DNA of 53,208 nt from Octopus bimaculoides (GCF_001194135.2 NC_068996.1:2745017-2798224), one strand, 5' to 3'. Numbered from the stretch's first letter, positions 27,400 to 38,001 are shown. Made by a program: numbers and translations. The notes: generated from the letters alone by a model not told the origin.

Positions 27400-27900
27400 T
27401 AGGTTAGACAATTCAGCAATAACTAACAAGCCAAAGGACTAGATGAAGCTCCAGTGTCTGCTTTGGTACAGTTTCTATAGCTGGATGCTGCCCCTCCTAA
27501 TATGCCAACCACTTTACAAAGTGTCTACTGGGTGCTTTTTATGTAGCACCAGCACTAGTGATGTTGCCAAGTAAATCACAAGACTTCTTTGTTGGCATAT
27601 AATGTAGAGGAAGGTGAAAGTATGGTAGACAGACAAGAGCAGTTGTCTCCCTGGAGAGGAGATAGTTGGCTTCTCCAGCTAGAAAGAAAGAGAGAAATGG
27701 TTTGCACATACAGGGTGAATGTAGACGGGAAAGAATAGAGATAGAATTGAAAGAGATTTGTGTCTGATTTGGCATGGTTTCCACAGCTGGATACCCTTCC
27801 TAACACCAACCACTTAACAGGGTGTCTACTGGGTGCATTTTATGTGGCACCAGCAGCAGTGAGGTTGCCAAGTACTGATGCGATAAAACCCCTCAACCAA
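27400..27900 (-). mobile_element. Two degenerate RTE-family 3' end fragments
   Basis: gctggatgc..cct..taa.accaaccactt.acag.gtgtctactgggtgc.ttttatgt.gcaccagca occurs twice. Confidence 0.6.
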
Positions 27901-28096
27901 GTGGGCTATAGAGTGAACAGATAAGAAACTATAATAGGAGATGAGCAGGTGTCTTGCTGATGAGGTGAATATATGGCTTGCCCACCTGGAAAGGGAGTGA
28001 GAGAAAGAAAGAAATGTGAGGTCCAAGTATATAATGACACATATGATGTATGTACAAAATATCATTACAACATTTTCTTCAATTTTTATTTTGCAG

Positions 28097-28254
28097 AGGA
28101 ATTTCAACGAGCCGTAAAAATTTGTACCGGCTTCACTCTTGGCCCTCATGTAGTAAACACAGTATTTCAGATATTTGATGCTGATGGAGATGGTCATTTG
28201 AGCCATAAAGAATTTATCTCCATTATGAAAGACAGAATTCACAGGGGAGCTCGT
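28097..28254 (+). CDS. MICU3: MICU3-like coding exon carrying the C-terminal canonical EF-hand
   Basis: Acceptor ttttgcag|AG completes the split GAG codon; donor CGT|gtaagt. Translates EEFQRAVKICTGFTLGPHVVNTVFQIFDADGDGHLSHKEFISIMKDRIHRGAR. The 12-residue EF loop DADGDGHLSHKE lies at 28177-28212. Confidence 0.95.
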
Positions 28255-28354
28255 GTAAGTATTCATTTGCATATGTGTGTACATATATGGATATGCTTTT
28301 ATATATATATATATTTGATGTATAAGCATCATTATTTGATATCCCTTTAAATGA

Positions 28355-28403
<49 letters not shown>

Positions 28404-28481
28404 CATGTATGTGTGTCTATGTATGTACAACATCCTTTTAAATGATTATGATAGGTACATATATATATGCGTGTATATTGG

Positions 28482-29433
28482 TCATCATCATCATTTAACG
28501 TCTGCTTTCCATGCTAGCATGGGTTCGATGATTTAACTGAGGGCTGGTGAACCAGATGGCTACACCAGGCTTCAATCTGATTTGGCAGAGTTTCTACAGG
28601 TGGATGCCCTTCCTAATGCCAACCACTCCGAGAGTGTAGTGGGTGCTTTTACGTGTCACTGGCACAAAGGCCAGTCAGGCGGTACTGGCAATGGCCACGC
28701 TCAAAATGGTGTATTTTACGTGCCACCTGCACAGGAGCCAGTCCAGCGACACTGGCAACGATCTCACTCGAATGTCTTTATACGTGCCACTGGCACAAGT
28801 GCCAGAAAGGCAACACTGGACACAAGTGCCATCACGCTTTCGCTTACCCCAACAGGTCTTTGCAAGCCGAGTTTCGTGTCCAATGAAGGAGACAACGTTG
28901 GCATAGGTGCCAGTCGTCGATTTTCGATTTCGATTTCACTTGCCTCAACAGGTCTTCACAATCGAAGTTTAGTGTCCAATGAAGGAAGGTACGCATAAGT
29001 GGGTTGGCTACACACCTGGCAGAGGCCTTGGATTTAGGTCTTACTTGGCTTGCCGGGTCTTCTCACACACAGCATATTTCCAAAGGTCTCAATCAGAAGT
29101 CATCGCCTCGGTGAGGCCCAATGATCGAAGGTCGTGCCTCACCACCTCATTCACTGGTTAATTCCTGGCCCCACCACTTCCACAGGTTCCCTCAACTGCT
29201 AGGGTGTGGCACTTTTTCACACAGCTATCCTCGTCCATTCTCGCCACATGACCATACCAGCGCAATTGTCTCTCTTGCACACCACAACTGATGCTTCTTA
29301 AGTTCAACTTTTCTCTCAAGGTACTTACACTCTGTCTAGTATGTACACTGACATTACACATCCATCGGAGCATACTGGCTTCATTCCTTGTGAGCCTACG
29401 CATGTCCTCAGCAGTCACGGCCCATGTTTCACA
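28482..29433 (-). mobile_element. 5'-truncated RTE LINE (ORF C-terminus, 3' UTR with 66-bp units, (ATG)n tail)
   Basis: ETWAVTAEDMRRLTRNEASMLRWMC..LREKLNLRSISCGVQERQLRWYGHVARMDEDSCVKKC. Lies antisense, about 230 nt into the last MICU3 intron. Confidence 0.9.
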
Positions 29434-29442
29434 TAAATATAC

Positions 29443-29480
<38 letters not shown>

Positions 29481-30109
29481 GCACACACACACACGTGTGT
29501 GTATATCAAATAGATGTCTTATATATAAAACTATTCCACACATACAACAACAGCCGTACCAACAATCCAACACTCCTCCTTGATCAGGTGCCCCATGGAT
29601 ATCACTATGGTTTCGACACCTGGGCAGTACCATTCAATCCGGTGGTATCAACAGCACTAAAATAAGTATTGTTTGAGAACAAACATACCTTAGATATCAC
29701 CAAATTTATTCAATCTTCATTCTAGGAAGGATTAAACACCGACATTATTAATTAAATTACAACAAAGAAACATATTTACCCTTAGTACAAAAACAGTATC
29801 GGTAAATAAATTCAATAAGTAGACCTATAACTAACTCCTAAATTATCTCCCTCAATTGCAACCTAGCCTTTACAGTCTATGCAGATAATAGTCCCACCAG
29901 TCTTCCATAGTTATTAATATAAAAGTGAAAGCTTTTATAGTCTATTCTTTCCAAAAAAACAAACTCGATTGAACTTAATTAATAATATAACTAATTTTAA
30001 ATATTTTGTGTGTATGTGTTGTAATTGATTATATATTTTAATTGATTTGAAGAGGGTAATATACTGATAATTAAGTATCATCAAGTACTCCTTGATCTTT
30101 GTGTGTGTG

Positions 30110-30212
30110 TATCATCATCATCATCATTGTTTAATGTCCGCTTTCCATGCTAGCATGGGTTGGACGATTTGACTGAGGACTGGTGCAACCGGATGGCTAC
30201 ACCAGGCTCCAA
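30110..30212 (-). mobile_element. Short RTE-family 3' end fragment
   Basis: Near-identical to the start of the 26044 copy. Confidence 0.75.
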
Positions 30213-30409
30213 TATATATATATATATATATTGAATGTAAATTGAAAACAGAACACAAAGGATATCGCGGTACACGTGTTTCAAGCTTTATACACAAACT
30301 GTCATTACATCAGTATATATTGTTGATATAAAGGATGTTTTAAGGCTATCTTCAGCTGCAGACATTTTCAGTCCCAAGATTNNNNNNNNNNNNNNNNNNN
30401 NNNNNNNNN

Positions 30410-30442
<33 letters not shown>

Positions 30443-30535
30443 TATTCCGTTAGAATTACCCAGTACTATTGGTAGTATTATTATATATTTCTAAGTTTAA
30501 ATGTAGGCATTCGTCGTATGTGAGTATAAAACTGT

Positions 30536-30864
30536 AGAAATTGGAGTCAAGGAAAAGGATTATGGTTGGACATTTCTTTATTATTCACTACAAATGTTTC
30601 GACACAATGTAGTTCTCCAAGAATACAGTTTTTCGATTATGCAACTGTTTGTTTGCATAATGAGATCCAGTTGTGTTTCTTCAAGCGATATATAAGTATT
30701 GTTTCTGTTAGTTTAAAATCTTTGACTTTAAGGACATTTTCTCTGTTTGTTGAGGTTCAAATTTGTTAGCTGTTTAGCTACATATGATGTCTGCTGTGAG
30801 GGCATGTCTGTCAGACAGGTTTGCCCTTGTCCAACCATAATCCTTTTTCATGATTCCAATTTCT
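30536..30864. repeat. Segment bounded by about 37-bp inverted repeats (MITE or Penelope-like remnant)
   Basis: agaaattggagtcaaggaaaaggattatggttggaca (30536-30572) versus tgtccaaccataatcctttttcatgattccaatttct (30828-30864), 3 mismatches. Confidence 0.7.
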
Positions 30865-30964
30865 TCAATTTTATATATGTATATTTCAAAATGTAACCAC
30901 ATGTGAATCATTGGTGATTTTTTTTTTTTTTTCTCCATCTTCCTTTTCTATTGGACTTTCCTCT

Positions 30965-30999
30965 GTTTCTGAAGAAGAGCTTTGCTTGAAACATAGAAC
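30965..30999 (+). ncRNA. Degenerate minimal type-I hammerhead-ribozyme-like motif
   Basis: GTTT-CTGAAGA-A-GAGC-TTT-GCTT-GAAAC-ATA-GAAC: core boxes, stem II and stem I are present; stem III is mismatched. Confidence 0.5.
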
Positions 31000-31234
31000 C
31001 ACTATCATCATTTTACTGTCTGATTTATAGGAGTTAGGAAGTTTGACATTGACTTCTTATAATCTTATTTGCATGTTGCACCACATTCACCCGACACATG
31101 TGAGCATGAATAGTGAAGGTTTTTTGTTTTTTTTACTTAAATAGTTTTATTCCACCTCATCTAATGTAATTTCTCTGTTATTTGAAAAATAAATACAAAA
31201 TACACAGCCAGTTTAGCAACAAAAACATAGTTTC

Positions 31235-31267
<33 letters not shown>

Positions 31268-32094
31268 TCTAGTATGTCTGTATTTCTAGATTTTGCTTAG
31301 TACAGCTGTTGAAAATAATCTATACATTATCATTATGTGTAGTTGTGTAACATTCTTGTTATTGAAATCTGTGTGACACTTTGTTAATGTAATGCAATGT
31401 CATCATTATTTATTTATTTGTTTTTGCTGTTGAAATTTATAGTGAAATCAAAATAGTTATGTATTTGTTTTTTAAATGAGTTAGTGAGGAGTAGTGGGAG
31501 AGAGGGCAGTAGCCATGACCTATGGCTACAGTTGCCTCCTATACTTTTGACATTGTTGCAGTCTAAACAGGAAGGGAATTCCAAACAGTTGCAGTGCTGG
31601 GGAAGGAAAAACCAGGCAGTGTTTTCCTGTTGAGAGGTGTAGAAAGTGAGACGCAGTGAGGAAAGACAAGTGTGGTTGAATAGTCTGCGATGAAAGGAGA
31701 AGTGTGATGTATGAAAGTAGCTTTGTTCATAGGAGCAGAATCTGTTGTTGTAATGGTTGAAGTGTGTTGCTGAGTGAATTTGCTGTTAATCAGTCAAATT
31801 GTTGTTTTGCTGTTTTTATGTCACCTGGGATAATTGTGTATGAAAATCTGAGAAAAAGAGAGTGTGTGTGTGTGTAAGAACAGCATTTGGTATTTGTAGC
31901 TTAAGGCATAAGTTTTTCGTTCTGGTTCTCGAGAGATGAGAAGCTTAAGAGCTGTTGGCATGAGTTTCATGGTAGAGAGGCATCACAAGAATTATTATCT
32001 TATCTTTAGAGAAAGGATGCCGAATATGCTTCGCTGAATATGCAGTCTCAATGTGCATGTGTGACAGAATGTAAGCGCTTGAGAGAAAAATCAG

Positions 32095-32215
32095 GCCTAA
32101 GGTCAACTTCACCTTTCATCCATTCAGGGTTGAGAAGTACCAGTTGAACACTGGGTCAATATAATCAATTCATCCCCTTCCCCAAAATTGCTGCCTTTGT
32201 CGCAAAATTTGAATC
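32095..32215 (+). mobile_element. SINE family B 3' half
   Basis: aggtcaacttcacctttcatcc...aagtaccagttgaacactgggtc...aaaatttgaatc followed by (ATT)n. Confidence 0.65.
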
Positions 32216-32249
<34 letters not shown>

Positions 32250-32252
<3 letters not shown>

Positions 32253-33272
32253 TAGTCTTATTTTTATCACGTGCTCTGTGTGCCTTGAGTATGTGCTGTT
32301 GTTTGCTCTTATGGTTACTGTATTGAAAGTGTTTTGCTTAGGATGTGTGCAGTGCCCAGTAGTGCAATTTTCTGTATGTTATATATATTTGTAAGTCCTG
32401 GTGTTTTTGTTATGTATTTGTCTGAATATTTTTTTATTATACCTAAGGCACCTACTAGGATAGGAATTGCTTCTGTTTTTAGATTCTACATTCGAGTTAC
32501 CTCTATTTCCAGGTCTTTGTATTTTGAAAGTTTTTCCATCTCTTTTAGGGAAACGTTGTCATCCGCTGGTATTGATACATCAATTAGAAAGCATTTTTTT
32601 TTCTTCATGATCTTTGACAACTATATCTGNNNNNNNNNNNNNNNNNNNNNNNNNNNNNNNNNNNNNNNNNNNNNNNNNNNNNNNNNNNNNNNNNNNNNNN
32701 NNNNNNNNNNNNNNNNNNNNNNNNNNNNNNNNNNNNNNNNNNNNNNNNNNNNNNNNNNNNNNNNNNNNNNNNNNNNNNNNNNNNNNNNNNNNNNNNNNNN
32801 NNNNNNNNNNNNNNNNNNNNNNNNNNNNNNNNNNNNNNNNNNNNNNNNNNNNNNNNNNNNNNNNNNNNNNNNNNNNNNNNNNNNNNNNNNNNNNNNNNNN
32901 NNNNNNNNNNNNNNNNNNNNNNNNNNNNNNNNNNNNNNNNNNNNGTTACTTGTTATATTTCTTTTCATTATGTGTTTTTGGTAATTTCTGGTGGGGAGGC
33001 TTTGGTCTTGTGCAGCAATTAAAAATCCTTCAGTCTCTGCCTTGAGTCCTGAGCTTCTCAGCCATTGCTGGGATTTTTCTCTGTGTATTTCTTTTGCATT
33101 TAGTTTAGCCCAGTATTTACCATGTAGGGGCTTTTCTTGCCATCGTTTTATCATGGTCCGTTGCTGTTCTAGTTTTAGTTTGGATTTCATTTGTTTTATA
33201 GCTTTTGTTGTTTCTTCTTCTTCTTCTTCGTATTTGTTAGGTAGTATGACTTCTTGTTTGTATTTGTTAGGT
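32250..33272 (-). mobile_element. 5'-truncated R4/Dong-like non-LTR retrotransposon with restriction-like endonuclease C-terminus
   Basis: WQEKPLHGKY..QWLRSSGLKAETEGFLIAAQDQSLPTRNY, then a 314-N gap, then (P)DIVVKD..CFLIDVSIPADDNVSLKEMEKLSKYKDLEIEVTRM..VGALG..QKIALLGTAHIL.KTLSIQ* (stop 32315-32317). PD-(D/E)xK-type motif; flanked by (TAA)n on both sides. Confidence 0.85.
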
Positions 33273-33314
33273 TATTATTATTGTTATTATTATCATTATT
33301 ATTATTTCATTATT

Positions 33315-33562
33315 AAGGTGGGGAGGTGGCAGAATCGTTAGTGCGCTGGATGAAATGGTTATTGGCATTTCATCTGTCTTTACATTTTCAGTTCAAATTC
33401 CACCAAGATTGACTTTGCATTTCATAATTTCAGGGTCACTAAACTAAGTACCAGCTGAATGCTGGGGCTTGATATAATTGCTGGCCTTGTGCCAAAATTT
33501 GAAACTGATACTTTTATTATCATCGTTGTTGTTATCACTATTATTATTATTATTATTATTAT
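33315..33562 (+). mobile_element. SINE family B with (ATT/ATC/GTT)n tail directly abutting the last MICU3 acceptor
   Basis: Head aaggtggggaggtggcagaatcgttag, B-box-like cagttcaaattcc, body end aaatttgaaac at 33505, tail to 33562. Confidence 0.8.
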
Positions 33563-33572
33563 TTGCTTTCAG

Positions 33573-33650
33573 GCACACCTTATGACACAGCATGGTAACT
33601 GGAACACATTTAAAAACTGTGTTAAACAAGAGATGAAAGCTATGTACTAA
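33573..33650 (+). CDS. MICU3: MICU3-like terminal coding exon (C-terminal helix with conserved Cys and stop codon)
   Basis: Acceptor tttgctttcag|GCA in phase 0, matching the upstream donor. Translates AHLMTQHGNWNTFKNCVKQEMKAMY*. FKNCVKQEM resembles the MICU C-terminal FKxCxKxE motif; the Cys codon is at 33618-33620. Confidence 0.85.
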   Translation, partial: AHLMTQHGNWNTFKNCVKQEMKAMY

Positions 33651-33753
33651 CACAAGATTCACTATCTCAACATCACTAAATCTGCCCGAATTGAAGATAC
33701 CATAAATTTACTAATATTTACTATTCCATTTATATATATTCAGCCTATTCATG

Positions 33754-33886
<133 letters not shown>

Positions 33887-34216
33887 GTGTGTGTATGTGA
33901 AATTATGTTTGTTTATTAGAAGAAAACCCTGCAGATTTAAATGTTAAACCCTAACATTACCAATTTATAATATTGCAGAGTATTATATTTTTGTTTACTG
34001 AAGCTGAAAATGCTGATTGCTGTCTTGGTTTTCTAACATCATTATTAGTTTATGAAAGCATTAATTAAAAAGTGTTAATTTACACACTTGTATGTGAGAG
34101 TAGAGGAGGAGTAGTAGCTGTAGTAGTAATACCAGCAGCAGCAGCTTAAAATTTAGAATTCAGTTAATAGGAGGGGAAATATAAATGGGAAGGGTTACGT
34201 ATTCTGTAAATGTTTT

Positions 34217-34245
34217 AATAAAAGCCATTTGTCTTATATAATAAA
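34217..34245 (+). promoter_or_regulatory. Candidate MICU3 polyadenylation signals (two AATAAA hexamers)
   Basis: AATAAA at 34217-34222 and 34240-34245, about 570 nt after the stop and just upstream of the GATA/Tx1 repeat block. AATAAA is common in AT-rich DNA, so support is weak. Confidence 0.3.
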
Positions 34246-34479
34246 TATAAGTGATGTTCATTCCAAAAATCTAACTGCAGAATTTTAAAAAAGTTATCAA
34301 GATATGTCCATATTTAGGCAGTATGAGAAGAAACTCATATGTTTACAAACCTGTTAATATATACTAAGTCTGTGTTGTTTACTTGAAGATTATATCTTTC
34401 AAAGAATTGTTTAGAAGAATGTTTCAAGATTAGCGAAACATATACAGTCACATGCATGGCACACTTACACTCACATACA

Positions 34480-34652
34480 CATGCATAGGTAGGTAGGTAG
34501 GTAGGCAGGCGGGCAGGTAAGTAGGTAGGTAGGTAGGTAGGTAGGTAGGTAGGTAGGTAGGTAGGCAGGCAGGCAGGCAGGCAGATAGATAGATAGATAG
34601 AGAAACAGATAGACAAGCAGGCAGATAGGCAGGCAGGCAAGCAGATAGATAT
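34480..34652. repeat. Compound (AGGT/AGGC/AGAT)n tetranucleotide microsatellite, left flank of the Tx1-like insertion
   Basis: Directly visible. Confidence 0.95.
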
Positions 34653-35693
34653 GTTTCTTTATTAGCCACACAGGGCTGAACACAGAGGGAGCAAGTTACA
34701 AGGTAGAGCTTTTCTCTTTGGGGAGGAGAAGGGAAAAAAATATATATCAAAAATAAAAAAGGGGGAGGTAGATTTTCGATCAAAAGGGATCGTAAAAAAA
34801 ATAATAAACGATCAATAGGGGTCGTGTATCACAGAAATATCATGTTGTAAAGTGTAAAGGCGGAAACAGATTAGGTTTACCCGTGGGAAGAAAAGCCTAC
34901 GGAAAAGACCACGGTAACCTTGGCCAATAATGTTGTGCAGTGAAACACATTACAGTAAGTGACTCACTTTTTACCTTTTTTTTTTCTGGTTCATAGGTTT
35001 ATGCTCAAGGTGGCTCTGTCATTCACACGTGCCATCCTTGCAATAGTCACCCATCTTTTTTTTGAAATGTTCACTAGACAAAACTTCTCCCTCTACTCTT
35101 AACTTTCTCTTCAAGTGATACTTGAAAAAATTGATGAGAGATTCACCAGAGAGAAAAGTGTTTGTCTCTAGACCTTTCAGACGTGTCCACCATACACATT
35201 CTATCGCCATAACCACAAGTATGATGAAAATGGCTCTTCCTGTTTCAAGGAAGGAAGCGCGACAATATTCACGATAGACTCGTCTGATAAACTGACTCGT
35301 CCCACACGCGGTAGCAGTCGTTCGACATAAGCCCACAGGTTGGAAATCGTTGGACACTGTACGAGTGTGTTTCATCGCTCTGTCCGCATCTTGGGCGGGT
35401 CAGCCTCGCATTTCACGAGCCGTGTCTATAGAGCTTATTCCGAAAGGGTAGCGCTTCTCGATAGCACTGCTAGGCCAGGGATCTCTGGGAGTTGTCCATA
35501 GGTTCCGGCCCGAAAGTCGTCTTGAACAGGCGGGTCAGGTATTCCTCGTCAGTGCCCTGATTCGCCCCGAGATCGTCGTCGTACCTCCCCTCCACTAATC
35601 CCCTATAGAATGTTTTGGTTGTGTTGCAGTCGCTCAAGGTCGACCTGGGACGGCATAGATGCTAGAAAGCAATACGATGCTGTGCCATTCGCC
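34653..35693 (-). mobile_element. 5'-truncated L1/Tx1-like LINE 3' fragment
   Basis: GC- and CpG-rich island. The minus strand gives a degenerate ORF2 end: RPRCGQSDET(H)..LVQCPTISNLWAYVERLL (frameshifted CCHC knuckle, 35341-35400) and ..WWTRLKG...FFKYHLKRKLRVE. A 3' UTR follows, ending in AATAAA (34658-34663) with no poly(A). Confidence 0.7.
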
Positions 35694-35935
35694 TAGATAG
35701 TTAGATAGGCAGGCAGGCAGGTAGGTAGGTAGGTAAATAGATATATAGGTAGATAGGATAGATAGAGGGATGGACAGATGGATGGATAGATAGATGGATG
35801 GATGGATAGGTAGGTAGATAGATAGGTAGGTAGGTAGGTAGGTAGGTGGATGGATGGATGGATAGATAGATAGATAGATATAAAAAATATTAGATGGATG
35901 GATGGATAGATAGCTTGCTAGGTAGATAGATAAGC
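35694..35935. repeat. Compound (AGAT/AGGT/GGAT)n microsatellite, right flank of the Tx1-like insertion
   Basis: Directly visible. Confidence 0.95.
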
Positions 35936-36503
35936 ATATTTTACATTAGGAATTAGAAATTATTTCAAGATATCACTCCACCTTTCTGAACATGTTTATG
36001 ATATCCCAAAGACTCGCTCACATCTGTGCCGAATGGCCTTTAAAATCTTGTGGGTGAATAAGAAGCAATTAGCTTCAAAGCAATCATTGCAGTCAGGGAA
36101 AATGTCGTTATCTATTTATTCTGTATGTTGATACTGTTCATTTGAAATTTCATTGCAATTTTGCTTTGTTAATTAGCATTTGGCACACATGCAGATATCT
36201 GTGTGTGTGTGTAGACAAAGAAGAAGACAGATAGGATAGGATGGGGAGATGAATAAATATCTCTGAAACATAAATAGCTGAATGTATAGAAATATGATGA
36301 GATGGGGAGATACTCATTACACATGCACACTCACAGGATATCCATATATATATATATATATCTCCATCCAACCCATGCCAGCATGGAAAGCGGATGTTAA
36401 ACAATGACAATGGTGATAATATATATATGTGTATATATGTGTGTGTGTGTGTGTGTTATTTAAATCCATTTGATTTGGCACAATGTGTCTTCGATTTTCG
36501 CAG

Positions 36504-36590
36504 GCTTCTGGCAGAAGCCCATCTCTTTCAGACTATCCAAAGTCTAAGAGACAGGCTTCTACTAACAGCCTACGAAACTTTGTCACATAG
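36504..36590 (+). CDS. Candidate alternative terminal exon of the MICU3-like gene (unproven)
   Basis: Acceptor tcgattttcgcag|GCT; the phase-0 frame reads ASGRSPSLSDYPKSKRQASTNSLRNFVT*. Non-repetitive sequence downstream of a (TG)n tract. No homology recognised. Confidence 0.3.
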   Translation, partial: ASGRSPSLSDYPKSKRQASTNSLRNFVT

Positions 36591-37946
36591 AACCGAATGA
36601 AAACTGTTTTAAGTAACACATATAACTACTACTAAATATGTTGAATGCCCTTTTCTTTCATCTGTTCAGTCATTCAAGTGTAACACACACACACATATAT
36701 ATATATATATACACACACACTCATGTATGTGTGTGTGTGTATACATTTATGCTTGTGTATGTGTATATGTATTTTAGTGTACATATATGTATAGGCTAAT
36801 GAGTAGAGAAAGTGTAAGGTTGTAGACTCACTGTAATCTTGTCTTGTTGAGTATTTATCTCTGTACTGTGATTGTCACAAAGGAACGCTCCCTGTGCATT
36901 CTGTAAACTAGCTGGAAGGGAATCCAGCCAAAGAAACCAATCCCAATGTATGTGTGCACATATTTTTGGGAAACAACTCTCAGTGGAAACTGATTTAAAC
37001 CATGACAACTGACTAAACCCATGGAAAGCAAATGTAAAATAATGATGATGATTAGGAGGAGGAAGAAGACATATTTGCCAAAACACACACACACATCCGT
37101 ACATATTAACATACACTTTCTTTTTCTGTTTAAAAAATGAGAATCTGTTAGAGATTATATTTGTATAAATTGATGATTCGCTCTTCTGTTTGAATAATAA
37201 CATCATTTGAGACTCACTGAATAGCAACAGAATGGAACATCAGTTTTATATATGTGTGTATGTGGAGACGCGTGTGTGTATGCGTATACATACGTGTAGA
37301 TATGTATGTCAGTGTACACATGTATATGTGTAAATGCATGTATGTATAGAGGTTTATATATTTTTACACATACACATATGTATAAACAAATTATGTTGGA
37401 CATAAATCACAAATATAAGTGTTTCAAAGTACTTGAAAATCTGCTGCCATTTATTCAAAACTTTAGTTATGGAAATTGCAGTTGATGTGAACACATTTTA
37501 TTGTTCTCTGAAATGAAGAAAATGTGTGTGTATTCGTATTAACTTTATTACAAGCAATTTAATACTTTTGAAGACTTGGTCTTTGGATGTGCTTGTGCCA
37601 AATGTTGGCAATGCTGTTTATTAACTGCTTTGCAAGCTTTCCTAGTATTTACAGAGTAAAAGCAATTTTTTTAACTATTGTATTATGAAAGCATTTTGTT
37701 AGAGATGTCAGTCATTTCATTCAGTGGAATTTTCAGAATCAGTAGAGCATCAAACAAAATGCCTTGTGATATATTATGAAACATATAAGTTCTAAGTTCC
37801 AGTGCCACTGGGAACCAATATCCTCTTTTGGTTATTAAAATCAGTATCAGCTGCGTTAATGATGGATGGTCTAATTAATAACATCTCTAACCAAATTTCA
37901 GGCACTGAGTTTTATGTTAGAAATTATATTTACGCACACCTAATCA

Positions 37947-38001
<55 letters not shown>

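Noticed and set aside
29600-29670. Minus-strand CTGTTGA...GTGTCGAAAC hammerhead-like pattern (a weaker one also at 18272-18296)
   Set aside because: The core is mismatched and I could not build consistent stems I and III.
32334-32984. Longest ORF in the track (216 aa, + strand)
   Set aside because: It is the antisense of the Dong-like endonuclease region, extended through 314 N.
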